Positions 26,085 to 36,405 of a stretch of DNA of 64,000 bases are shown piece by piece; within the stretch, counting starts at the first letter, position 1, and each line of letters begins with the position of its first letter. Where the stretch lies: positions 2,170,001 to 2,234,000 of the forward strand of contig OZ287067.1 in the NCBI GenBank assembly GCA_965645245.1, written 5' to 3'. The notes under the pieces were generated by a model, which was not told the DNA's origin, did no database searches, and saw only the letters and a list, made by a program, of their open reading frames with translations. The position numbers were made by a program, and so were the translations under genes. Origin of the DNA: Massalongia carnosa (lineage: Eukaryota).

Positions 26085-26753
26085 ATGTCCTCCCTGCCGT
26101 CCCCCCGCGAACCGCACCCCTCACCACCCCTTCTCGACTTGTCCCTACCCCCAAAAATCCATACTTACCACTGCCTGTGCAGCACCCTCCTCCTCGCCTC
26201 CCCCTACGCCCTCACAGCCCTCCCTCTCCGTGCCCACCCCGCCAAAGACGCCGCGCGTATCCTTCCCCTGCCAGAATTTCGCTCATCGTCTTTCTCTCCC
26301 GTTCTCAATACCGGTGCCGCCGCCGCCGCCACCGCTCCAACCATCGCTACCACCACGACTGAAGAACCAGCAGCCACAAAGGCGGGAAAATCGTACCCCG
26401 GCGTGGACGACGAGAAAAAACACCCTGCGGCGGCGGCGGTGGTGGTGGCGAGCGGAGAAGAAGAGGGAGCCGGACCGTCCACATATTGGCCATCGCTACT
26501 CGCTCCCAGTCTGCGCCTGGCGCGCAAATGCGTCGTGGTCAGGCGCGAAGACGGGTTCGAGAAGAGGCGAGTGTGGAGGTGCGCGCGATGTGGGGTGGGG
26601 GTCGGCTACGAGGTTGAGGGCGTAGGCGTGGGCATGGAGGTGGGGACGGGGACGGGAAGCGGGGCAAAGGGGGGAGGAAGCGGGAGTGGGGGAAGGGTGC
26701 TGTTTTTGCTGGAGGGGGGCTTGGTGGAGACGGGGAAGTGGGACGGTGATTAG
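26085..26753 (+). CDS. STEEP1/CXorf56 (UPF0428)-like zinc-binding protein
   Basis: IHTYHCLCSTLLLA....L..LP.R and VVRREDGFEKRRVWRCARCGVGVGYE motifs separated by a low-complexity insert; first ATG at 26085. Confidence 0.75.
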   Translation: MSSLPSPREPHPSPPLLDLSLPPKIHTYHCLCSTLLLASPYALTALPLRAHPAKDAARILPLPEFRSSSFSPVLNTGAAAAATAPTIATTTTEEPAATKAGKSYPGVDDEKKHPAAAAVVVASGEEEGAGPSTYWPSLLAPSLRLARKCVVVRREDGFEKRRVWRCARCGVGVGYEVEGVGVGMEVGTGTGSGAKGGGSGSGGRVLFLLEGGLVETGKWDGD

Positions 26754-27957
26754 GATGGATAGGGGATAGGGGAGGGAGGTGAGGTGAGGTGAGGTTTTTA
26801 GGTTTTTGGCTAGGGGGGGGTTACTTTGGGATAAGGGGGATAAGAAGGGGGAGGGAAGTTAAGTTAATGGTGATGAATCGGAGAGACAGCGGAAGAAGGG
26901 GTACGGATGAGCGTGAGTCTGAGGGTCAAAGAATCTATTCGCTACGTTTCCGCCAAGGAGGGGAGGTTGGATAGGAGTTGAAATCTTTCCCCCCAAATCG
27001 CGCAATCCCACCTCCAGGTAAAGAATCGCGAAATCTATTCTTGCTCTCCTTCGTCCGCGTCTCGGTTTTTTTCCGATCGCGAATCCGCTGGTTCTTTGCA
27101 TGTCTTTTTTTTTTTATTCTTTTATGATTGAAATTCATAGAGGGAGGAGGGGTTGAAATTGAATGAAAAGGAAAGGGAAAGGGGAGAGGAGGGGAGGAGG
27201 AGGAGGAGGGATCAATAAAGGAAAAAAAGTAAATCAAGATAAATAGAAAGAATACCTAATAGGAAGAAGAAGATGATGAAGAAGGGTTTGAATGATTTTT
27301 TTTATTGGGAAAGAAGATGAAGTACGTACATTAAAACTTCATTTTTCTGTTTTATTTAATTTTTGACATGGAAAAAGGGAAAGAATGAAAAGAAAAAAAT
27401 TAATACCTAAATAAATACCGTGAAAAACAGGAGAAACAGGGGAAACCCTCAAGAACGAAGAAAGAAGGAGATAAGTAGTAGATAGATAAGAGATAGAAAA
27501 CGAGTCAGGAATAACTATCTTATCCAGACAAGCAAAGATTTAAAAAAAAAAGGTGACTGAAATCGATCATTTGTTTTTTTTGTAAATTTCTTGTCTCAAG
27601 TTCTCTCCTCTCTCTTTTTCATTCCGTTTTTTCTTTCGGGGATAGAAAACCACCCTACCTACCTACCTACATATCTAGGATCATCAAGTCTGAAGAAGTT
27701 AACTCAAACCGCCACTCACCTACCCTACTTCTTTATGAGAGAGTTTAGGGGAGGGGGCGATACATAGAAGGATAGACAGCGTAGTGGAAGATCAAAACAA
27801 ACAAAAGATCCTCGAGAGAAACTCGACGTAATACATAGATAGATATGTAGATAGGAAAAGCGGGACTTGGGAATGATGGTGATGAAATTGAAAAAAAAGA
27901 AAAGAAAAGAAAAAGAAGAGACGAGGTGATATTTTTCTTCTTCGTTATATCATGCTT

Positions 27958-29193
27958 GATGATGATGATGTATTCATACTCCGATATGACACCGGCCGTA
28001 GGCCGGCCCATGCGGGCAAAGCTATCTAAGTTATGTTACATGGAAAACCTTTCACAGGTGTAAAAACCATGTCCCTTGATACCCGTCCGATGTGACTACG
28101 TGTCGACGTCGGGCGGGAGACGCAGTGCAAAAGACGTGTGGGAACTGTAATGCCTTGTGAAAAGAGAAGAAAGAAAGAAAGGTTCAACTATTGTTGATTT
28201 TACAATAATGTTGATGCTAGTGAGAATTGATTCAATAAGCCTGTTTTCATTAGCCAAGCAGTTAGTATCTTCAGAGTTTTTGATGATTTGGTCAGCTGCT
28301 GATAGTCGCTCGTGCCGGCGGCGCGAAACATCTGTTCTCTATTGTCAATAAGTCTGCAGAACATGATTACATGTTCTGGAGTTTGTCTGTGCCAGCCACA
28401 TGAGCAGGCCGGTGAGGTGACGGAGGGCACCCGTCGCTTGTAGAGGAAGTCAGCTAACCCGATCTTGCCAGTGCGGATTTGAGTTGTTAGAGCGCTTTCT
28501 GCCTTTTTTAGCTGCGTGTGTATTTTCAGCCGTTTTTTGCTCAGTGGGACTGATTGTGCTATGGAGGGTTCGATGACGCGATTTTGATATGCGCACCACG
28601 AGTCGTTCCAGACCTTCATTTGTCGTGCTTTGATTGTTTGCATCTGCTTGTGTCGGGCCGTTGCCGCAACGGTAGCTTCGCGGTGCCACGCCGGGTAGAC
28701 TTCGAACCATGGTGGGTGTGCCTTTGGTGGTTGAACTATTTTTGAGTCGATCAGTAGGCTTTTGGCCCAGATGTGTTTCAGCTCTCCCGGGGTGGGCTTT
28801 TGAAGTCGTTTGCGACCTGCCTTGCCTCGAAGTTTGTCAGCTATTTTGTTGCATGCGGAGGAGATGATCTTCAATTGGCCTCCGGCTCGGAGCCGGTGCC
28901 TTGCCTGTGCTTGTAGCATGTCGAGATGCGTGTCTATGGGCGCTATGAATGTCTCTGCTTCTAGTACTGAGATGGGAGTGGCTTTAAAGGCACCGGCTAT
29001 GGTGCGAAGGCAATTGTTTTGCATGACGGAGAGCTTGCTCGTTGACGTTTTTGACTTTTTGACTTCTTTGGGCATGTGCCATACGGTTGACCCATATGTC
29101 ATGGCCGGACGCACCACGGCACTGTAAACCTGCCTTGCCTTGGCGAAGGTGGCACCCCAGGTTGATGTGGAAATTTTTGTCAATGCCATGGAT
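27958..29193 (-). mobile_element. 5'-truncated non-LTR retrotransposon (LINE, Tad1/I-like), copy 2
   Basis: 13-bp TSD TTATATCATGCTT at 27945-27957 and 29194-29206; (CAT)n tail; carries the 3' part of ORF2. Confidence 0.92.
28200..29189 (-). pseudogene. C-terminal fragment of LINE ORF2 (RT thumb region plus CCHC zinc knuckle), open frame but lacking RT core and endonuclease
   Basis: RQVYSAVVRPAMTYGSTVW, QNNCLRTIAGAFKATPISVLEAE, LTTQIRTGKIGLADFL, SPACSCGWHRQTPEHVIMFC; no RNase H visible between thumb and knuckle. Confidence 0.85.
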
Positions 29194-31580
29194 TTATATC
29201 ATGCTTTATGTTATGAAATAAAATATATATTACCGTCTCTTCTATCTCATCCATCCCTCTATTCGTTACCCTCCCCCTCCCCCTCCCCCTCCCCCTCCCC
29301 CAACAAGCAAATTCTTGCTCTCTGCATGAATGAAACAATACTAATTAACTTGCTGCTGGTATCCTCGATCTTGAGTATTCGCTTTCGTGGCCGGGAGTTT
29401 AGAGTTAAGGGTAGAGGGGGAGGGTTGAGGTGGGGGTGGGCTATGTTGCTTGCTCTAATTTACAGGATGAAGGGAGGAGGAGGAGGGGAGCGGGAGATTT
29501 TTGAGAAGGGGCTTGTTCTTTTATTTTAGAAGGGGAGTTGCGTTGTGGGGGGATGGAAAGAAGCGATTGAGGAGCTGGTATGTACGTACCATCCAGAAGA
29601 GAAAAATGCCGAAGATAGGAGATCTGATCTGATGAGCCCCCTCCTACCCCCGCCCACAGAAAAAACCCCGGAAAGCGGGACCCGAAAAATAAATTCATGA
29701 ACGGGAAGGGAAGTATCATGCTCATCATCAAAAAGAAATTGGCTGATCGGGCTTGATTGGTCGATTCAGGGAGTATGTATGTACGATAAGTACTGTGGCA
29801 AAAAACTTGCTGGATACCATAGTACAAAAGGATAGGTAAATAGGTAAGGGAGAACGAATGGGGCCGAAACGCGGGATTTTTAAAAGAAACAATAATAATA
29901 AGTAGCATACATAACTACTCCTCGTTTCCTTCTTCCTAAAAAAAAACAAAACAAAACCAAAAAAAAACGAGGAGACAGACTAGACGTTTCGTCCGCGCCT
30001 AGTATCCCGTTCTACATACAAAACTCCTAGGCTGACCTGGTTCCCGGTTTGCGCTAATTAGGTACATATTTTTTCTTGTTTCCCCTTCCCAAAAAAAGAA
30101 GCCATGTTCCTACCTGCTGTAGATCTACCTCATAGCTTAACCACTTGGATATATATGAAATCCCCCTTACTGAAGACTCTCGCCTAGTTAATTGCAATAA
30201 AGCGGGACCAGTAGTTGTATAAGCTGGGCTCTGACGGAGAGACCATGGGCGATGGGAGAGAGTATTTGGAGAAAGTTTAACCCTTTCTGATTGAATTGTG
30301 GTTCCTGCATTTTTTAGCTGTTCCTGAGGGCCCAGGCCGTCTTTTGAGGGATAATTGTTTTCGATGATTGCTAGCTTTCATGAGGGCTGGCTTGCTTGCT
30401 TGCTTGAGGGTTAATGTGATGATGCTGAATTGGGGATTTTTTCTTAAAAGAAGGGGTTTTAAAGTTAAAATAGTTTGATGAGGCTTCTCCGGCGAGCAAT
30501 GAACGGTTTGAGCAAGTTGAGATGTCAAGGTATTTCCTCTATGATAAAGCCAGTTATTGGATTTATCCAGGCATCGCTGAATAAAAGAGTTACTGGGCCA
30601 GGAGCTTAATGAGTCAGAGGGATCATGCATCAAATCCTCAGCACATGCACGGATCTCTGCACGATCAGCACTGAAACTGCTAGCCCATTGTTTGTTGCTT
30701 AGTTAGATATTCTCAGGAAACCGGATATCGATAACGATAAGTAGTATTACTGAAATCAACTGCAAAGAAATGATTTTGACTGTTGACGATAAAGAATCGA
30801 AGCTTTTTCGAAATGAGAACGTGGATGAATGCGATGAAGAAATCAGGATGGAAAGCCAAGGACGATGCAAGGCATACAGAATGGCTGGAAGGAGAAGAGT
30901 CTGAAGGCAAATGAGCAAAATCAGACTCTGCCAGATATCGAGCGACTCATGGAGAGGCAATATACCTGCAATATTGCCCATCATGTAGCAGCTGTCGACC
31001 GACGCGAGAGAGACCCGCCTGGAACCTCCAATATGTGAAGTAGCCTTGTTTCAGCTCATTGTTTGTTTAGCTAAGGCGAGTCGTGGGGTTTAGGCTTTCA
31101 ATAACTAATAAGTTCATCGTTGCTTTTGTCTACCATGGCCACCAGCACTATACCATGAGCGTGGACCCAGGGCAGAATCGTTCTCCTTGCCTAAGCAGTT
31201 GCCTAGCTTGAGCAATGAGTACATACCGTCAGCCCCCGTTCGGGCCTTACACTGGCCATGTGGACTTGTTGCACTGACGGGACCTAGACTGGAGAATACA
31301 TGGTTGCAATACATGTAACAAGGGCGAGTATTTGCAACATTAACATGTTTCAAATCTCGAAGTCTGACTGAAGCAGGTTCTGAGTAAGCCCGATCGCATA
31401 ATTATTTATTTTTGACTTTTGAGCAACTCTGTTAGTCCAAGCTGGTGGGATAGCTGATGGAAATCAAGATGCGGAATCGTGGTGTTATATTTCAAGCTCA
31501 ATCTCGTATAAGTAACCATTAAAGCTTGGATTCTTCCGAATCAGAAAACTGTTTCGTACAATTGATGCTTGCTTAGCAAT

Positions 31581-32522
31581 ATGAATTTCCACTTCATCTT
31601 TGCTCTTCTTCTACTATTGCCCCAGATTACCGCCCATGTACTTCCGCGCGATTCAACAGACCCGGGCTCATATCTGGAAGCGTTCGTCCCCCTCGATTCA
31701 AATAGCATCGAGTCAGGTCAGTACTCTGCTTGACAGCATTCGAATACACTCGCAGAGAGCTAACCGGGGAACGCTATAGCGCCTCTCGACCTCACCGATT
31801 ATAATCAGATAGAAAGGAATCCGGTTGAGTCATTTGAAACGAACGCAGTCGAGTCGTACAGATCTTCAGCTAATCCGGACTAGCTGCCTATGTTCGTGGA
31901 TTCAAGCACAGCCGCAACCTCCTGTCAAGATGGTATGAACAACAAGATTCGCTCGGATAAGAGAAGGGCGTCAAAGTCGGATATCAGTAGTGTAGCTCTG
32001 ATCGACGATGATGAAGACAACGTCGAGAGTTCTTGCCCGGTTGACTCCATGGTAGCTCCACCAATACCGAATAAAAACCAACCACCGGAAACGCTAGCAA
32101 CACCGGAAAAACCTCAGCTACAACCTAAGCTCGGAACACTAGGAGATGACAATAACAATGGCTGCAAGCCCGAACACCCTATACGGCTCTGCTCTAGAGG
32201 CAAACCAACAAGCCGCTCTAGTGACACTGGGTATTGGACACTTGTCTGGGACTGCGATCCTTGTGGGTGTATTTTCTGCATACGTTCCCCACGTCAGATT
32301 CCGGACGGAAGTCAATTGTAGGATCGGTTAGTCTCTAATGATTATTGATTTCCAATTAGGGATGGGTCATTGCGCTCCTAATAAGGACTGGTGCTGTCAA
32401 CTTTATATGGTAAGTTGACGTTTCTGTGTATCACGTGAGTTGGTCTAGGAGAGTTAACTCGATCGTAGGATACTCAACCACGAACGCCAGCGCTTCAGTG
32501 CAAGGAACATAACGCTCAATAG
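31581..32522 (+). CDS. Small secreted cysteine-rich protein (WCC motif), 4-5 exons; may be a pseudogene
   Basis: Signal peptide MNFHFIFALLLLLPQITA; introns GTCAGT..GCTAAC..TAG, GTGGGT..TAG and GTAAGT..TAG give ...CKPEHPIRLCSRG...WDCDP|WMGHCAPNKDWCCQLYM|DTQPRTPALQCKEHNAQ*. The in-frame TAG at 31881 is either the acceptor of a 60-nt intron (31824-31883) or a nonsense mutation. Confidence 0.65.
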
Positions 32523-33225
32523 TAATCTAGATTAGCCCAAGAGACCTCAAAATAGGCTTAAATAAGCATCTCTAAAATGCCTCAACTATCCGAAATTTGC
32601 AATACGAGAGCCGCAAGTAGAACTATTGTTGAAAATTGTGCATATAACGTAGATCCTCGCATAGTCGGGTGTTCTCATAAGTAAAGCCTCCTTGATAGCT
32701 AATAGTTATCAGTTTTGACATTCTCGTCCCTTGGCAAGTTGGCGGTTTTCGTCCGAACCGGCGTTTCCCAGCCCTTGAAGGAGCATCTTAGCCCTTCAGT
32801 TTCCCCTGTTTCTTAATTTATATCTGAATCACTATCACTCTATTTTCCTGTAAAGCAATTCAGATCCATAGCTCCGTCTCAGCAGATTGCCTAGGAGTGG
32901 AGCTGCTCCTCCCTCTCTTAACTGTCTAAGAATCCATTACGAAATGAACTAACCTTTGAAATCTAACGATCAAAGAGCGACGATCTTCTTTTATACCTTA
33001 TTCACTAGAGTTTCAAAACTCAGATAGGATAATATGCTAGGATGGTTGTAAGATTATCCCTCCGTCTGGCCGTTTGGCAGCCACCTCAAATAGGCTTAGT
33101 TTTTTACCGTAAGGCTGAGTCGCGAACATCAAAACTTTTACCCCTTTATTTCGCCGCATAGTAAATAAAGAGATAAACATCACTTAAAAATCACCTTAAC
33201 AGCTAAATTTATTGAATAAATCATC

Positions 33226-35063
33226 ATGAGAGGCATAGAAATTGAGGTTCCTGATCAATCAGATACTTTGCCCCCCTCAGTGCTAAAAGAACAGTCAAAA
33301 AGAAATAAACCAAGCATGAAAAGCATCATTGATTCTATTCCCCCTCCGTCATCAAGTTATTCTCCAATTTCAATCCCATTCCGATCACCCCAACCCTACG
33401 AGACATTGGGCTTGATAAAACAGACTCCCTACAGTTTATTCTCTCTCTTTTTCAGCTCTGATTTATTGAGAATTGTAGCCGAAAACACCAATTTGAAAGC
33501 AAATAAGAAGTATTCCCGCGACAGTAAGGAGCAACGTCGATGGCACGACACGTCAGCTGCTGAAATAGGAGCTTTTTTGGGAATTCTTCTATATATGGGC
33601 CTAGCTCGTATGCCTCGTATCACCGACTATTGGAATACCACTTCAAACTTTGCCATTCATGAGATGATTACCCAAGCCATGAGTCTCAAAAGATGGGAGC
33701 AAATCAAGCGATTTTTGAAGATATCCAATCCCTACGAGACCATTGATACTCGAGGCCCTGATTGGTGGAAAAAGCTGGAACCATTGACCACAGACTTTCG
33801 AAAACCATCAAAGAAATACTGGATTCCTGGAAGCCATTTGTCAGTTGATGAGCAATTGATTTTATTCAGGGGATGAAGTTGCCACACCATGCAAATAGCC
33901 ACTAAGGCGGCTGGTGTAGGCTTCAAAATCTATAGTCTATGTCAGAATAATTACCTTTTTGACTTATTATTTACCTCCAAGGTGAGTCAAAAGATGAGCT
34001 GGAAAATGAGCTAGAAAATGAGCTGAAAATAAGCTAACTAACTTTGATAAATAGGTGTCAAAAGTTAGTGAGTTGAAAACAGCTCGACAATTACATTTTT
34101 CAGCCAGCAAATGGAATTTAACCCCATCTTCCCTGATTGTCATTCAACTGTGTCGGAATTTACCTTCTTATGAGACGTCAAAATACGCCGTGTTTCTTGA
34201 TAATTTCTTCACCAATATCAGACTTTCCAAAGCATTGAAAAGCATTGGAATTGGGGCTTGTGGGACGGCCAAATCGGGATGTGGATTTCCAGCTGATTTA
34301 CTACGTCTCCGTGCAGCTGCCACAAAGAATAAAGACTAGGGGAAAAAGGCTATAACCACAGTTAAAGAAGACAGAAAAATCATTGAAGAAGGGGACATTC
34401 TATGTATGGCTTGGGTGGATTTAAACACCGTACAATTCATGACCACCATTCATACAATTGAGGAAATGGAGACGATAATCTACAAGAATGCTCGTCGACG
34501 TCATGGAATTCCCACAGATTGCAGAGTCATCGTTGACGAAGAAGAAAAGCTCTCATTTCCCATGCCCATCGTGGAATATAAGCAGCACATGGGCGGGTCA
34601 GATGGGAATGCTCAGCAAAGATCGTACTATTGTCCTGAAAGATCTGATCGATGATACTGGTGGCCCTTATTCATCTTTCTTTTAAAAGGAGTCGTGTTGA
34701 ATGCCTTCAAATTGTGGATCACTCTTTATCCTGATTCAAGACTCAGTCATTCGGAATTTCAAAAGAAAATAGTTCAAACCCTACTAACCAATCAAGGGGG
34801 TATTCTACGAAAAGGCGTCTCAGCATCATCAATTTCAGATGAGGTAGTATGTAAATAAATGGGAGCATTTATCTAAGAAAGCCTATTGTTTGGCTTGCAA
34901 AAGGCAAATGCCCACGCTCAAACGCCGCCGGCCACTTGCCGAAATAGAAGGAAATTGCACCAAAAGAAGACGTGCAAGTCAGACCATCTGGCAATGTAAG
35001 AGCTGTGGGCCTTGCTGCAAAAAGGAAGCATGTTGGGACATTTTACATATACATAGATCATGA
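33226..35063 (+). pseudogene. piggyBac-family (DDE_Tnp_1_7/PGBD) transposase with one intron, three in-frame stops and a frameshift
   Basis: LFSLFF..IVAENTN, EIGAFLGILLYMG, MSLKRWEQIKRFL, LSVDEQLILFRG*, intron 33982-34054, VFLDNFFT, GIGACGT, YKQHMGGSD, YWWPLF, C-terminal Cys-rich domain; stops at 33874, 34337 and 34652; 4-bp TAAA duplication near 34853. Confidence 0.9.
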
Positions 35064-35089
35064 GGGGTAATTGAGGTGTTGTACCCATT

Positions 35090-36405
35090 CACGCGGGTGA
35101 CAAATAAATTGCAACGTGTAAGCGAATTTACCCCTGAATGCCCCATCAAAACACCCTCCTTTTTTCAACTTTTTATCTCATCATCAATGTCTCGACCCAA
35201 AAAGCCTCATTATGATACTCCCACAAAGGCCAAAGTTCAAGGAGCTTATCAATTTCTCATCTCACATGCAATTCCATTCGATCCACGGGCCATTTTTCAG
35301 GAATTTGGCGTGGCCGAGCGCGCGGGCTATAACATCATCAAAAGCGGAGCTTCTTCTCGCACACGTCACAATTCTTCTCTCGTTGAGACTCGGGGTCGAA
35401 AGCGAAAGATTAGTGATGATCAGCTGAAGGAGGCAGATCACATTCTGCAGGATCAAGATCTACAATTGGAAGGAAAACGCTACACATGGGATGCTTTAGC
35501 ACAGGAGATTGGGGCCGACGTGATGGGACGTACAATGAAGAGAACTCTTACAGCTGCCTTGAATTATCACAAATGTCTAGCCTGTGTCAAAGGGTGGCTG
35601 GCAATGGCATCAGAAGAAAGAAGAGAAGAATTTGCTACAGTTATGTTAAATAAATATCCTCGGTCCGAAGACTGGCATCGCGTACAATTCAGCGATGAGA
35701 TTCATTTTGGCTACGGGCCTGAAGGACAGTTACGAATCATTCGTAAGCCCGGAACAAGATATCGTTGGGATTGTATTCAGCATCGTGATGCACCACCTGA
35801 GAAAGATCGTAAAAGAAAGCACTGCTGGGCAGCAGTTGGTTACAATTTCAAGTCGGATATCTACTTCTACGATGTGCCCAGCAATAGCAATGGAAAAATG
35901 ACTCATCAGGTGTATATTGACGCTATTCTTGATCCCGTCGTCAAGCCCTGGTTGGAGCGTGGAGATGACTTCGTACTTGAAGAAGATGGAGACTCTGGTC
36001 ATGGCACGGGCAAGAGACGAAACGCGGTCACAAAGTGGAAGTTAGATCACGATTTAGAGCACTATTTCAATTGTTCTTCATCTCCTGATCTAGCTCCCAT
36101 TGAAAATTGCTGGCAGCCCGCAAAGCAGCATGTTCGTAAATTTCCTCATTGGGACGATGCAAGTTTGGAGCAGCTGATTAGGGAGGGATGGGCTCGAGTC
36201 AGTCAGGAATTTATCAATGAAAGGGTGTTATCCATGCCCAAAAGATTGAAAGAGGTGAAAGATGCAAAGGGGGCGATGACTGGTTATTGATCTCATGTAA
36301 TTTAGATGAATTTTATCAGCTATGCAGATGATGGTTGATGATGAGATGAAAATTTGAATAAAAAAGGGGGGGTAAATTCGCTTACACGATTTTGTCACCC
36401 GCGTG
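35090..36405 (+). mobile_element. Tc1/IS630-like DNA transposon with CAC-terminal tripartite TIRs and 5-bp TSD (CCATT)
   Basis: Perfect 15-bp terminal IR CACGCGGGTGACAAA (35090-35104, 36391-36405), 20-bp inner IR (35115-35134, 36369-36388), third 22/24 IR block; CCATT directly abuts both ends (35085-35089, 36406-36410). Confidence 0.88.
35187..36290 (+). CDS. Tc1/mariner-IS630 superfamily transposase (DDE_3-type), intact 367-aa ORF
   Basis: N-terminal HTH-like region with RGRKRKI; catalytic motifs WHRVQFSDEIHF, FVLEEDGDSGH, SSPDLAPIENCW; C-terminal SMPKRLKEVKDAKGAMTGY*. Confidence 0.92.
   Translation: MSRPKKPHYDTPTKAKVQGAYQFLISHAIPFDPRAIFQEFGVAERAGYNIIKSGASSRTRHNSSLVETRGRKRKISDDQLKEADHILQDQDLQLEGKRYTWDALAQEIGADVMGRTMKRTLTAALNYHKCLACVKGWLAMASEERREEFATVMLNKYPRSEDWHRVQFSDEIHFGYGPEGQLRIIRKPGTRYRWDCIQHRDAPPEKDRKRKHCWAAVGYNFKSDIYFYDVPSNSNGKMTHQVYIDAILDPVVKPWLERGDDFVLEEDGDSGHGTGKRRNAVTKWKLDHDLEHYFNCSSSPDLAPIENCWQPAKQHVRKFPHWDDASLEQLIREGWARVSQEFINERVLSMPKRLKEVKDAKGAMTGY

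Noticed and set aside
30277..30414. TTAA-CCCT...AGGG-TTAA resembling a mini piggyBac
   Set aside because: Inverted match is only 4 bp inside the TTAA and does not resemble the TIR at 33058.
32560..33050. Stop-rich sequence left of the piggyBac as an older relic element
   Set aside because: No recognisable protein motif or termini.
34849..34862. TA-AA-TA frameshift in the piggyBac ORF as a Tc1 excision footprint
   Set aside because: Equally explained by 4-bp slippage duplication; inner bases do not match any element end seen here.
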